Of a stretch of DNA of 64,000 nt, positions 1 through 14,032 are shown one piece after another. Below the pieces are notes generated by a model, which was given only the letters and a program-made list of their open reading frames with translations, was not told the origin of the DNA and ran no database searches. Numbering within the stretch: the first letter of the stretch is position 1; each line of letters starts with the position of its first letter. The stretch is from Podarcis cretensis (Eukaryota): NCBI GenBank assembly GCA_951804945.1, contig OX638154.1, positions 44,764,001 through 44,828,000 of the forward strand, given 5' to 3'. The translations under genes were made by a program, and so were the position numbers.

Positions 1-400
1 CCACTCTGAGTAGAACTAATGTTCACAACACATCCCATGCCTTCCCTCCAAAATGGGGTCCAATGCAGCTTACAAAAGGCAATCAGAAGTTAACAATGGG
101 GCCTGGGCACCAAAGTTCCCTTCTCCTGAAGTGTCATATGTTCTTGGGCCACCCAGCCTTGGAAATGTCCATCTACTGCCATCCTTGTTAAATTGCAGGA
201 GAGGGATTAAAAATAATTTATCTCCCTGTGCTTCTGATTGAACTGTGGCATGATCTTCTACTGCTGCTTTGGAGTTTAATTTTGCCTCTTTGTTTGACTG
301 CTGCCCTTCTGCTATTTATATTTTATTTTTTGTAACTTGATATTTAATGCAATTCAACATACACACCCCTCTTACATATGTGGTTTGGATTGAGTGGAGG

Positions 401-757
401 CAGTGCTTTTTTTCTTAAAAATGTTTAGGGGTACTCTCATTTTCCTACTCAAATTGAAATACTGCCCCTCGATGAGGCCAAACTTACATCTGAGGAAGCA
501 GGAACAGAAGGGCGAACTCTCGGCCATGTGGCTGTTTAAATGCCACTAGCCACGCCCCCTAGCCAACCGGATTGGCCAGCTGTGGCCATGACATGACTGG
601 GATTCCCCCAATGGTACAGGGGACTAGCCATGCCCCCCTGCTGGATGCAGGAAGAGTCTGAGGCCTGACCGCAACACAGCCCACCTTGGAAGGCGACTGG
701 CTTTCACAAAATGTTTAGGGGTATGTGCACCCTGTGTCCCCCCAGAAAAAAGCACTG
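401..757. mobile_element. Non-autonomous hAT-like DNA transposon (MITE)
   Basis: TIRs CAGTGCTTTTTT / AAAAAAGCACTG; perfect 8-bp TSD AGTGGAGG (393-400, 758-765). Confidence 0.8.
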
Positions 758-1146
758 AGTGGAGGAATTCCTTTGGTCATTTCAACCAGTGCAATCCCAC
801 CAACCCAGACCTTGCCCACCCCACCCACTGAATCTGCAGGCATGCAAGATGCTAGCCAGGGATATCGCTGCCAGAGCAGCCCCACAGAAGACCCTGAAAT
901 GGGATCTGCCCAAGCTACTCTCCCAACTAGTGGCACCAGCAGAAAGCCTGTTCCAGACCCAATCTACCTTTCCCCACCACCACCTTCTGCTGAGTAACCA
1001 GATTGCAGATGTAGCGGTAACTCCACCACTCCACAGAGCTTCATCAGTATTGCACGCCCATGTTGTGTTGTTAATTTATTCTGGATCTCAGCAAGGGTAT
1101 TTTGGCATGTTAAAAGGTGGGTTGTCAGTTCTCAACAGACTGATAT

Positions 1147-1702
1147 TGTTATGAGTTTGTGGGTACCAGACTCCTCTAAATTCCTGGGTCCAGTAGGGGC
1201 AATTGTTAATACAGTGTATAAGATAGGCCAATTTTCTGAGCGGAAAAGCAACTGAGATTATGGGCCATTAGAAGGACAAAAGGAAGGTGCTAAACCATTA
1301 AGAAAGCCGTTAAGACAGAAAGGCTCTGTACTAGATGGCAAGTGGTTGGGAACTCTCCTGCTCAGAAGAACAAAAGAAAGGGTTTAGAGTTGGCTGGAAT
1401 GTGACCTGGAGGGAAAAGGTTGCAGTCTGGTAAAGGCAGCAAGCTGCAGAGAGGGTTAGAACCCATGGCTGGTGTCTATTTGAATCCAAGGCTATGGAAG
1501 AAACAAGACCCTCTTGTTTCTGTTAATGCTGTGGGGTTAATGTTGTGAACCCCTCCATCATAGGGGGGTTAACGCTGTAAACCCCTGCATTGTAGCCTCA
1601 GGTTATGTAAATAAACACACCACAGTCTCCATTGTGCCTCACTTCCAAAAGCAAACATGTACCCTGAGTAAGCACACCTGGAACCTCTGGAATCTTGCAT
1701 CA
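1147..1702 (+). mobile_element. Possible solo LTR
   Basis: TGTT...CA ends, purine-rich interior and AATAAA near 1610. No TSD found. Confidence 0.3.
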
Positions 1703-2365
1703 CTCAAAGATTCGGATGACGTGCAACACTATTAATTTGGGCAGAATCCAGCCTAAATTAAGATACTGTTTATTATTGTTTGTTTGTTTTTCTATGATGG
1801 AATGGGGGGCAGAATACACGGAATTCCTGGGCAGTTTCACATCTAAGCAATCGCCACACTGAGATTGGACTGGGGAGGGATGCTTAGCATGCTGAAGGTT
1901 TAATCTTTGGCATCTCCAATTATTATTATTATTATTATATATTGGATTTGTATACTGCCCTTCATCTGAAGATCTGAAGTTCACAACAGAAAACTACAAA
2001 ATGAGATCAGGTAGCAGGAACTGTGAAATACTATCTGCCTGGAAATCTAAAGAATCTCTGCCAGCCAGAGTAGACAATGCTTGGCTAGATAAAGAAAACT
2101 TCCTCTGTTGCTAGTATTAACTTTAACAAAATTGCTGCATCGTATGCCTTTGGATTATGCCCTTCCCATTTTCAAGTCCCTTTGGTGATTCCCTCCTATG
2201 CACAAGCCTATGTTGGGTAAGCCACATTTAGCTCCATCTTGCCCGGGACATAAAAAGCCACATCTTCTTCTTTAAATTTATCATGAATGAAAGTAAGGAC
2301 ACCCAGCCAATATATTTTACCAAAAAGACATCAGCACAAACATACTTTAGCCATGCCTGGTAGAT

Positions 2366-2371
2366 TTTATT
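2366..2371 (-). terminator. Polyadenylation signal of the single-domain chitinase
   Basis: AATAAA on the minus strand about 80 nt after the stop codon. Confidence 0.65.
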
Positions 2372-2452
2372 TGTAGGCAAAGGGGTCTGCTGTGGACCAC
2401 AAGGCTACATAATTTTAATCATCTCTCCTTGATGGAAACCACCGGTTAATAT

Positions 2453-5400
2453 TTAAGGGTAGTTGCAGCACTTGCAGCTGTCATCGAAAACCAATCCAGC
2501 TGCACAGCTGAAACTGTGAGTCTGATGGTTAGCGCATACATAGAATTTGGTCTTGTCTTCTGGGTCCGCATGGATACCATCCGGTTGGTTGGCACAAAAG
2601 TTACCAGGCACTGGGGGCCCCACAGTTGTTGTTGCAGGAGGAGGAGGAGTAGGACCTGTATCTCCATTAGTGGTAGTAGTAGTAGTTGTGGAAGGCGTTG
2701 GAGTTACACCACCAGGGCAGTCTGGCACAATAGGCTCTAAAATTAATATTTAACAACACAGTGAGAAAATCATATTCCTACTGAATCATACTAAAGGACT
2801 AAGCCACCCAGGGAAGGTGTGTTTACGCAAACAGGTCATATCAATTTAGATACAAATAAATAAATAAGAAAGTGCTCCCAGGCAAAGCTCATTGTGTGCG
2901 TATGTAAACAAACTAAAGATGTCCAGTCTACTTGCCTTCTTGCAAATGCTATTCATTTCATTGAGGTACATGATCAACTAGGGGCTGACTTGCACTTCAC
3001 ATGGGAGACAGGCTTAAGGCTTGGGAATTTGTGACTCCCATTGAACACAGAACCCTGTAAAGGAATTCTGTATGTTCATAATTATATGGGATCATATGAT
3101 CATATTATATGGGATCATATGATGGATATATCAAGGGGAATCCCCAACTGGTGTTGCTTATTTCCACTGTTTGTTTACAGGCATGGTCCTCTTCTCACAC
3201 TTTAGAAAATGGCTTCATGATTGATTGATTGATTCACAACATTTACCGGTATATGCTGCTTGATTGTAATAAAACCATTAATGAATTTAATTACAAATAA
3301 ATAAAGTATTAAAATGATCAATAAATTTGGCGGTAGCGCACTTCTGCGCATGCGCAGATGGCAGAATCTGCTTCCGCGCATGCACAAATTGCGGCAAACC
3401 CAGTGTTTACTTCCAGGTTTGCCGCGGACACAACTTGGAACGTCCGTGAGACAAGGCGTATGTAAGTCGAGGTTCCACTGTATAGCATATATTCAACACA
3501 AAAAACAGCGACATTTTGTTGTTGACAAAGGACAGCTGGACATATAAAGGGCCCCATTACCATCAGTAGCTTAGGGCCTCATGAAACCTAAATCCGGCCC
3601 TGTGTGGAATCATTCTGAGGCTAAAATAATCCCAGGATATTATGTCCTAAGTATGAGAAGCCCAGGGAATGCAACATAAAGAAATAAAGGGAAACCTTGC
3701 TCCATTCCGCACTGCCAATGTGAGTGTCCTTGTGTGAGCAGCAGAGGCGTAGCAATTGTGCTAAGATCCTGACATTGCTGCAGTGCAAGGTCACCAGTTA
3801 TGACCATGTGCCAGAGACTGAATCCTTAAGCATTCACACTGTTTCTGGTGATTTAGGAGCAGTATATAACCATTCCTAGTCTTGAAGCAATATTGGAAGC
3901 ATTATTTAAACAGTAAGTCAAATATTCTATTTACTTAACCATGCCTATTTACTTAACAATAACATAATTGAGCAGGAATAATTTTTCCAAGTGTCCTAGA
4001 TCATTGAACAAAGGAGTTACAGATGGAAACTTCAGTGGGAAACCGCTGAACTATAGTTTATCAGGCAATTCATTTCTGTCACTGGTAGCTTAAACTGAGA
4101 TTAAGTTAATGCCAGGGTGTCATCACGATTACTGCTGCCTTGCTAATTTGTCACTGTCACTATCTTGCTTTCAGGTAATCAACACAGTCTGTTATTTCTG
4201 CATTTCATTTTCCTCTTACCTCAGTCCTTTACATCCCCACCATCACCCTTTTTGTTTGTATATCTGTTTGCTACTTCATGCAACTCATGCCATGAACTGT
4301 ATCCATCCCATGAACATTTCTGCCATAGAAAATTTGCTCATCTTTAAGATGCCACAAGATCCTAACATGGATACCCTTCTGGAAACAGCTTACCATTTGA
4401 TTCAAGAAGTCTCTTCAGCTCATTTATTAAAGGATATTTTCCTTCATTACAGAATGTACCCAGAAAATCATCCAGATCAATTGCCCAAACCATGGCACCT
4501 CCAAAATTGTTCTCTTTCAGGTATTTGACCTGGCAAAAAACAAAACAAAAAGCTATTTAATAAAAAATTCCACAGCATTTTTCCTTTTCATTTCATATCT
4601 GTTACTCAAACCACTTCTTATTTGGACAGCGATAATTCACATTTTTGCTAAATCCCATGTCAGTTCAAACATGCAGTCCACGTATGTCCTAATTTTAGAA
4701 AAATGGTAAAAAGAAAATGAAACACATTCATCTTACTTTGTATTTGTAGCTGCAAATGTCATCATATCCAACCCATTCATTACCCTTGTAGGTATATGGA
4801 ACTTTCTGGTCATCAATCCATTCTTTTGTGGCAGTTTTTAAAAATGTGCAAATCTGTGAAAACATTACACACACAAAAATCATTCTGCAATTCTTAATAC
4901 CAGAGGACATCATTGTGGGCTCAGCTTTGGCCCCCGTTTTGTGCTGATTCAGGCACCTAAAAACTAATAAGGGTTAGGGTTTCCTGAGAAGGATTTTCTC
5001 TCATATCAGAGCATCCCCTGACACATCTATCTCTGAATGGCCACATGTGTCTAAGGCCTTGATCTGAACCTCTGTGTAGAGTAAATCATTAATATTTCAA
5101 ACTGGACCTCTAGAACAAATCTAAAAGGAGAGGGTGGACCTGGAAACAGAGGATAAGAAAAGCAAGCCACAGCTAAGCACCTATTATTGAGCACAAGATA
5201 TCACATCTGATAAGGTAAATGTCTGATACTGTTTAAAATGCTGGCATAAGCATGATAGCTATAGAGAGAAACATTTATGACAAAACTATTGTAGTCCGGT
5301 TCCCTAATTAGGTGCTTAAATAATCTAAGACTGAGTATAGCATGTGGGCGGGGGGTTTTCCAACAATGCGACTACTTGGGAACATGTGCCAGCACTATGA

Positions 5401-8400
5401 GAACATGCAATCCATGAGTTTATCAGCCTTAGTCCGTGCCAACTGCGCTATGTGGTAGTCCTCTCATATTGCATGGGACATTATTAGCGGCTTGCAGACC
5501 TGTTGCCATTAAGCACTGTAGGAAGAGCACAAGATGGTGACAGGACATGGATACTAAGTCTTTCAGCTCCAAGGATACTTCCGCTTTCACCCTTTTCTCT
5601 AGAATTGCCATTTAATTAATTTTTTAATAAGATGCTGTTGTTCCAGGTTGTCCAACATACGCAGAGAAAGTGCTTATTAAAGCAAGAGGTCATTGAGTTG
5701 TTTTACAGCAGACAAAGAGCCTTGCTTACTCCTAGGTCTCCGGGCTTCTTCCTCCTACTCACCTCTACAGGAAGCTTCTTCTTCAAGTACTCCCCCTTCG
5801 ACCCAGGAACTAATCATATACACAGTCATTTAGCCTGCATGAAAAGCCTGACAAGCGGAGCAGAGCTTGAAAGAGAGTTGGGCAAGCAAGTTACCTCATA
5901 GTAGGCCCAGAAGCCTGCCTCACGGGTGTAAGGGCCAGCAGAGCCAGCCCCAGAGACAGGTGCACAAACACCTGTATCTGATGAAGTAAGCCTGAAAGTG
6001 CGCCCATAGGTGGGGAATCCCATAAGCAGCTTTTGAGCTGGGACACCATTGTCCTTCCAGTATTGCATGGCATAATCCTGAGGAAAAGGGGAAGGGTGGA
6101 ATTAGGACTCAGTACATTCATCTGTCTCGTGAAAAACACACAATAATAGCATTTCCAGGATCAGGAGGCTTTACTTACACAGTTGAAATACCTTAAATCA
6201 CCCTGGTCTTTGGATCCCACATACAATGGGCTGTTGTGTCCTGTGCAGGTATCCCAACCACCATGGAAGTCATATGTCATTACACTGATGAAATCTAAAA
6301 GTCTGGAATAAATCAAACAAAACCATTGCTATAGCTAGTACATGGTTTCTTATAGACCACCGTGTCTTAAGCAGTGAGCTGGGGACTACCAGTGGGCCTC
6401 GGACCACTTTTAGGTGGGCCTCAGTGCCACAGTACCTCCTCATTTTCCCACCTTGTGCCCCTGTCCCCTTAGCTATGCTGTAGTTTTTGGCTGGGCCAGT
6501 GCCAACACCTGCAGGTCCTCACACAGTGGTCAGGAGACAGGTGGAAAAGGAGACAGGAGACAGGAGGAAAAGGAGGTCTCCCTCCTCTGTGGGGATAGGG
6601 CAAGAGGAGGTGCTGAAGACAGAAGACTAATATTTACAGAAAAATAAATAAACTAGGAACAGAGAAGCGGATAAGAGAGGAGGAAGTAAATGTAAAAGGG
6701 GTAGAGAGGAAAGGTGAAAGAAACTCACAGTTTGGAGAAGAATGGGGTACAAGTGAAATGTAATAGAAAAGTGGGAGAAGAGATGGCAACACAAGAGTAA
6801 AAAAAAATACTTTGAGCAGCATGTGGGCAAGCAGAAGGGAAAATATAAAATAAAAAGCTGTCTTCACTCAGCACTTCTGGATTAGCAGATTCAGCCCGAA
6901 ATGAGGACTCCAAGTCACAAAACCTCCAGAGCTGATGTCTATACTTAGCTCGAAGAAGGCTGAACTATGGAATTCCTTGCCACAAGAAAATAATTGTGGA
7001 GAAGAGTTTATCAATTTCAAGAGAGTGATTAGATATCAGCAGAAAATGGTGTTGATATTTGCCAGCTTACTAGGCCAAGCTCCACCACCAATATGTGACT
7101 GGTTCTGGCTCTGAGCCAAGGTGGGCCTTGGTAGTTTTCAGTTATCTCAAGTGATGCCCTGGGGTAAAAAATATGAGAACCCCTGTCATGGAGTAATGAC
7201 ATAAGAAACGCTGGAAAATCCAATACCAGGCTATGGTATGACTCTATAATCTTCCTAGGTTTTCATCAGTGACACTGGTACTTAACTGCACAAAATGGAA
7301 ATTCTACCACTGATTTAGGAGCAGAGTTGAAATCCTCATTTGAGCTTCCTCGTACTTACTGTCCTATTGCAGCAATTTCATATCCAGCATCAATGGTCCC
7401 TTTGCCAGCAGAAACTGCTGCTGTGATCAAAAGCCTTTTCCCATTACATTTACCATTCTCAAAGGCAGCCAGCATTTCCTATGGAGACGTACAGGATTGA
7501 GAATCATGTCAAACCTTACTGTTGTTTCTCATGAGTATCTGTTATTCACGCATTTCTATAGGAGACATTGAAACAGCCCCAAATTTGTTAACATGTTACA
7601 TAAATTTATGGTTATTTCACCAGCCACCTTATTGGCATGTATGTCTTTTTTTTAAGTTGTCAAACACCACTTTGACCTACAGACATCTTGTACGTAAATG
7701 TTAGAACATTCCACACTATTAGCTTGTTGAACATTTGTTGCATTCATTCCAGTGCATTCATTCCAGTACATTTCCCTGCACTGGAAATATAATATTTTTG
7801 CACCTGGGGGAAAAAATGGGTTTCTTACCCCAAGACCTGCTTCCATTCCTTTTCTGAATTGTGAGTGAAACATAACAGTGCAAGAGCCATACCTATTGAT
7901 TTATTGATTTATTTTTGCACAATTACTGATGAGCAACACAACTACCCACGTAAACCAATTTGTGAACTTTTTTTAGAGCTACTGTTATTTAAAATGACAG
8001 GGCCTTGTGGGACTTCTCTTCCTCCATCTATCTTCTCCTGTCACTATGTGAGCAGGACTGGGGAGGAAAGGCCTAGAGCCATTTGAGAACCCATCACAGG
8101 CCACAGCCAGCTCAGAGGTCAGAAGTTCCCCACTCCTGCCTTAAAGATTAACAGACTAGTGTCCTATGGTGCTACTGAACTCTCTTCCATTGTTTTCTGC
8201 AAGTGACCAACATACCCCCCCATTAAAGTCATTATTATTACTAAGTTACTGGTCATGCCCTATTGCTTATATTTCAGCTGCTGCTGCTGCTATTCTTTTA
8301 AATCCTTGGAGGAAGAGTGTCACCTGCTGTACAGTGTGCAGCTCTGGTGTAGCAGTGCCAATCTAACAGTTGTGTTGTTTAAAGTGACAAAAGCCAGAAA

Positions 8401-10080
8401 GGCTACAAAATATTATGCCAAAAATATTTTGTCCCAATCATTTAAGCTTTCATGCAGTACATAGTACATAGCGTAGTGAATAACTGCACATAAACTTTAT
8501 GTACAACTGTAAGACATAAGGAAAGTGTGGTTTCAAAGGGGTTTGGGGAATCAAACATTACTGCTGATTTTCTGAAGCACAGATTGTGGGGGATTATCAA
8601 AACTAGTGTGTTGATTTCTCACCCGAATCAGGATTGTGAAGCGCTGCTTGTCTTCGGGAGGACTTCCCCTTGATCCTGGGTATTCAAAGTCCAGGTCAAT
8701 CCCATCAAACCCAAACTTACAAAGATATTCAATCACTGAGTCAATGAAGATTTTACGATTGGTAGCTGAGGCAACCATTTCAGTGAACCTAAGAAGAGGG
8801 AATTCTTAGATAGTTTCCCACATGCCCTTGCATGCCATTTAGATATAATTCCCTTTTTATTAAACAAAATATATTATCCTGTTTAATGCATGTATGCTCT
8901 CTTTTGTAACCGATATCACACATACTCCCATAATTAGGAGTATGTATAAAACACAATCACACAGTGAAAGATTAGTAGCGGATGCACAATTTACACCCTA
9001 AGAATTGCGGCAAACTTCTTCCCTTACTTAATGCATGCTGCTTTGTACTTTATAAACTTTATCACAACCATGATGGAGCCACTTCTCCAAGACCATCTCC
9101 CACACAGCTCAAGTAATGTTTAAATGGCCCAACCACTGGTCAGAGGTCTGATCATATAAATCTTTCCCATGTAACCGGCATTCCGGCATTCCTTCCTGGC
9201 AAAGCATTGATTCCTTGGCTGGAGTCTGTGCAATCAGTCCCCACTCATAGGGTTGAGTCCTTTAAATGTTGCTCTAGTCATGCAGAAGCTGCCCATGGGC
9301 AAGCGGCTTAGGAAACATTTAAGAGGAACCCAATAGAAGTATGACAGTTTGGACATTGCCTCATGCTCAGAAGCCAGAAGGAAGGCTAAGTAGGACAGGT
9401 CAAGCAGAGGGAGTTCCCAGTACCCTGGATAGCTCCTCTGGTTCGCCATATCAGATTACGTTGTGCAAATGAAAGAAATATATGCAAATATGCCCATTTT
9501 GTAATAATTTATACAGAACTCAGAATTATTGGCATAGAACTAGATTATCGTAGCACAAAATTGTGATTTGTTGCATTTGTGTTTTTATTTAGAACACAGC
9601 ATACACAGTTCTGCAGGTATCATATCAATCATCATCATTTTTATTGACCCTATTCCTAGTTAACAAGGTCACTGGAACCCCTCATCAAAAGTTGCTTTTA
9701 CCCTGTTGGAGTGGTTTGTTATCACAACCCATACCTTATTCCTCAACCAGTGTCACAATTTAATTTCAGATCATTGCTTGTCCATAGCTATCACTCTGGC
9801 CAGAACCTTACGTCTGCTTGCGTTTCAAATGCTCAACAGGAACACACTCTATGGGTTCAGAGTCTTAATACTGTCACAGTTTAGTATGTATGTGGAAAGG
9901 ATACTCACTTCTGTGTGCCAAAATTCCAACCTCCAATAGCTAGCAGTGTGACAAGATTGGGGTTGCTGTAAAACATGTAAGAGAATATCAGTCTAGAAAC
10001 TTGCATGGTGATTCCAGAGTCAAAAGTGAAATGTTAAAGGAATGTTGAAATGCTGAATAAAAACCAAGGCACAAAGTAAC

Positions 10081-10131
<51 letters not shown>

Positions 10132-12381
10132 TGTTATTTCAAGATCTCTTGCAACAATTTCTTGAAATTGAAATTTTAAAAAAGGATCCATGTTACATGC
10201 TTGTACAAATAGACAGGGTTTCTTCAGATGACCTATTGATTCATCTTGATTTGCTTGCATGAAGCTTACATAGTAATTAGACTATGGGCCTCTCCAAATG
10301 TGTTTGTTATTGTGCATTCGTGATTATTTGTGCTCACGTTTGCATCAAAACAGTTATATGTGATTCCGTCTTCAATACTATTTGTGCCTCCATACATGGA
10401 AAATCGTGTTTGGAAAATCACCCGTTTTCACTTCATTCTGGAGAAAGAAAATACTGACCTGTTCTTAAGTGCTTGAAATTCAGGGAAGAGCCTGTCCTCA
10501 TCATTCCATTCATAAGGGGCAATCTTATGTTGATTCATAGTGGCAAAGGCATATATCAAATGAGTACAGAGATTTGGATCAATGTTGTTTGGGAAGTATT
10601 TGGCCGGCTCTGGCCTATACTGAGACCAGTTGGTGAAATAGCACACTAGTTTGTAGGCAGAACCTGAAAAGGGGTGAAACCAAGATGAGCAACATTTGCA
10701 GGGCTCATTTTCATTCTTGCTGTCATTGTGCCTTATACAACTATGCTATAAAAACTATTCTAGCTAGTAAAATAGCCACTCGCTGCAAATTAGCCCTTAT
10801 TGGGCATCTCCCACATCCACCTCCCACTGCCCACTGCCCACACAGGGAAGGTGTCTGTAAAAGGGGACCTCCTTGTGCATATTAGCTCTCCCTGCTCAGA
10901 GTTCCAAAACAGGGAGAGTTTGTGCATGTATACCAGGCTCTCCTTTACAGATGTCTGTCTCCCTCCCCTCCAAAAAAATCGCATGGATTGGCAGAAGGGC
11001 TACTTTGTTTCAGAACTGGAGGGTTTCAACGTGTTGTTCAAAGTTGGAAAAATACATGCACAGGGAGCCTTTATATTTTCCTCAGTGGGTGGGAAAATAG
11101 CTAGGGACAACTATTTTCAAGGATGAACAGGTGGAAGGGTTAAACATCCCCTTTTCCCACCATGTCATAGCTGTCAATGTTTCCCTTTTTTAAGGGAAAT
11201 TCCCTTATTCTGAATAGGATTCCTCGCAAGAAAAGGCAAACGTTGACAGCTATGCACCATGTGTCCCATGCAAGACTGTGCTGTGATTTTTTAAAAAAAT
11301 GAACAACTGGAGGAAATAATCACATATAGCTTGAAATAATTCCACCATCTTTCAGGGAAGTCTAGTTTGCTTCTCACTGATCCTACCGAGATTACAAAGT
11401 TGTTTCCCTATGGCATCCTCATGCCAAAATATCTATAAACTATACTTTTAAAGAGCTTTATCCCTTCCAGACACCTTAATGCTATAATAGTCATTTGTTA
11501 CCTAAGCAGTCATATTCACTGTGTGACCCCTTGTGGACTATAACAGCATAGAGAATATGGCTGGTTTAAATACTCTGCCTCACTAGAAAGCCACCCTTAC
11601 TTTAGTCTCATTAACCATATACGGAAAGTTTCTCACCAAGCTGCAGCTGCAGCAGAACTGCCAAACCTGCAAAAGAAAAGCAAACGTGTTAGAAAAAGAT
11701 TAAAAAATTTTCATCAGTATGTAGAAATAGAGTTGAATCAAAATGGAGGGGCCATGCTTCACACAATGCACCACCTGTGCGATGAACCAGCACCACCCTA
11801 TACCCATTTTTGGGGTTATTTTGGGGGTTCTGCCACAAGGCAGAACAGAACAGTTCACCAAAAGCATTGCCTTCACTCTGATTTGGCTTTGTAAGATCAC
11901 TGTGTAGTCAAACCCAACTGATTACGTGGCATCACCAAGAAGCCTGAGTTTCCAACCCTCACTCTGATTTGGCTTCATGGCATCATCACATAGCTATATT
12001 TAACAGACTGAATGATGACATGATGAGATAGTGTTATCTAAGTGTTTTCTAAGTAGATTCTGACTACCTGGGATCACCTCAGGAAGATGCCTTCTATCAA
12101 AAATATTGGAGAAACCCCACTCTCAGTAGCTCCACATTTCCCCCATACATTTTATGTTGGAACAAATTTGGCATAACTCTAATAAAAAGAGTTCCAAAGC
12201 ATGTGACAGCATTTTGAACATTATTGCTCATTCTTAGAAGACAACACTGTGAAACCTGTTCTAGAACACATTCACCTTTTAAGACCAACTCTGTAGGAAA
12301 TCTCTGTCATCCTAACAATTGTAGTAGGAAGATTGAAAACTGCAAGGTATACTCACCAAAGCACAACAGACCCTTCCCCAT
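2453..12381 (-). CDS. CHIA: Acidic-mammalian-chitinase-like GH18 chitinase, canonical single catalytic domain (signal peptide, GH18, Thr/Pro linker, CBM14), 11 coding exons, 481 aa
   Basis: Exons (minus strand): 12357-12381, 11637-11666, 10459-10663, 9909-9965, 8623-8788, 7360-7478, 6179-6302, 5895-6077, 4737-4853, 4394-4529, 2453-2736. All introns GT-AG, phases consistent, total 1446 nt. N-terminus [21 protein letters not shown]|[10 protein letters not shown]; motifs [20 protein letters not shown] (DxDxE intact), [20 protein letters not shown]; C-terminal 6-Cys CBM14 FCANQPDG...CKCCNYP*. The symbol is family-level only; exact orthology among CHIA paralogues is not determined. Confidence 0.93.
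10081..10129. repeat. (TTA)n microsatellite
   Basis: About 16 perfect units in chitinase intron 3. Confidence 0.95.
11166..11254. mobile_element. Very small (89 bp) hAT-like MITE
   Basis: TIRs CATAGCTGTCAA / TTGACAGCTATG; perfect 8-bp TSD CACCATGT (11158-11165, 11255-11262). Confidence 0.8.
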
Positions 12382-12429
12382 CTTCCTGGTTTTTCCAACT
12401 GTGAGTGCCCAACTCCCAATGGTAAGATC

Positions 12430-12560
12430 TGCTTTATGTAGAGGGCAAAATCCCTCTTATCATTGTGGGACCCAGGCACCTGCAATGAGGGAGATAAGAC
12501 TTCCAAAAAGTTCAGATGAAATATCACAGGTAGAAAATTTCGTTTAGTCAAGGTCAGCAA
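12430..12560 (-). promoter_or_regulatory. Proximal promoter of the single-domain chitinase
   Basis: Minus strand: TGATAAG (GATA, 12456-12462), TTGCCCTC, and TATA-like CATAAAG (12432-12438) about 50 nt above the ATG. Also an E-box CACCTG near 12477, AGATAAG near 12492 and TCAAGGTCA at 12548-12556. The layout is conserved with the paralogue promoter at 37057-37084. Confidence 0.6.
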
Positions 12561-13070
12561 CTGCTGAGAAGCCTTCACAAAGATAAAATCTCCCAAAGTC
12601 CCCTAAAGATTACAGTGGCATTGACTAGCCAATGGGACAGCTACGTCACCAAGTAGTTGCAATGAAAGTTGTGACAAAGTCTAGCTCCTGATTCCCAACC
12701 ACAACGGGATCCTAGGCATGTTTAATCAAAAGTAAGGCTGCGTACACATTACCAGCTTAAAACATAGCAAGGTTGTTCTTTTTCTCAGTTTGGATTAAAG
12801 CTGATTTTGGAAGGGGCAACTCATCAAAACTTAGAATTTCATATGAAACCACCGGATAGCTATGAATTGTGGCTGATATAACGTGTGCCAGCATTGAGAA
12901 TGTACTGGATGCAGCTTAAATGGGAATGTGTGCACAGCCTAAGTCTCATAAACTTCAGTGGGACTTTCATTCAAGTAAGTATGCATAAGATTGCAGCCTA
13001 AGGCAACTTGCTAACAAAAGCTCGGCAGCAAACTAAAGGCTGCCATTCTCTACCCTAGAATGGAGTAACC

Positions 13071-13289
13071 TAGGGCTGCCATACGTCTGAGTTACAGGAA
13101 AATGGCATCTGGGCATATCTTCAGAAAATATGCAAAATGTCTGGGGGAACCCAGACATATGGCAAGGTGAGGGTTAAGAGTTTTTTTAAAAATCATTTTA
13201 AAATTCAAAAAAAGGCTGAAAACTTCGGACTTTGGGGGGAAGCAAGCTCAACAACTTTGTCCAGATATTTTTGGAATATGGCAGCCCAA
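13071..13289. mobile_element. Degenerate hAT-like MITE
   Basis: Inverted ends GGGCTGCCATA / TATGGCAGCCC. TSD not clear. Confidence 0.5.
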
Positions 13290-14032
13290 ATTAAACTCAA
13301 TGGGACTTACTTCTGAAGAGACATGTACAGTATAGGATTGCACTGTGAGTTACATAACTCAGCCCGTCACAAAAAACCTTGATCTCCTTGGCTGTTATCC
13401 ACTGAACTGCCTTGCAACCATATTGATAAGAAGCAGAAAACCCTACAGGGTATTGATAGGAGCAAATCAGCTGTCCTGGTTTCTGGTCTTGTTAAATTCC
13501 ATGCCTGCCAGGTGTCAAAAGGGCCAGTGTGCCCTTCAGACCATGATGAATGGCCTATAAATCACCTGCCTGCTAATCACTAAAGTCGGCCAAGGCAGTT
13601 CACTCTGTCCCAAATCCACTCTGAATCTGCCAATTCTGCAGGGAGAAAAATCAGCTGTTTGGAAACAGATCTTGGCTATTTGGTTGCCAAGGAGGCCTGG
13701 TGTGTCCCTGATGACACCTTAAAACAGGACTGCCTTGGAAAAAGGAGCAGCCTTGGCAATCTCTGCATTGTAATAATTTTGTCACTGATGCACATGCCCC
13801 GGATACCTTTATTTACCATGGAATATCTCTATTTCCTGGTCTCTTTGTCTCCATTTTGTCTTTTAGAAAGATATGTGTTTTTCAAGTTGCCACTTTTCAG
13901 GTCTCAGCTGGTTCCTCAGAAGCACAGGAGAGACTGTAGCTCATATCTCTGAAGCTCCATCTAGAAAAGTGGCCACCAACCCATCTAGGGAGAAAGGTCG
14001 ACTGTGGCCCTGACTGACCTGGTCGTCGTTGT

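Noticed and set aside
3081-3125. 23-bp tandem duplication containing CATATG E-boxes
   Set aside because: Simple local slippage in an intron with no supporting context.
4109-4528. 139-aa plus-strand ORF and similar plus-strand ORFs over chitinase and TAF8 exons (e.g. 32320-33005, 44067-44625)
   Set aside because: Antisense shadows of real minus-strand exons with no recognisable protein features.
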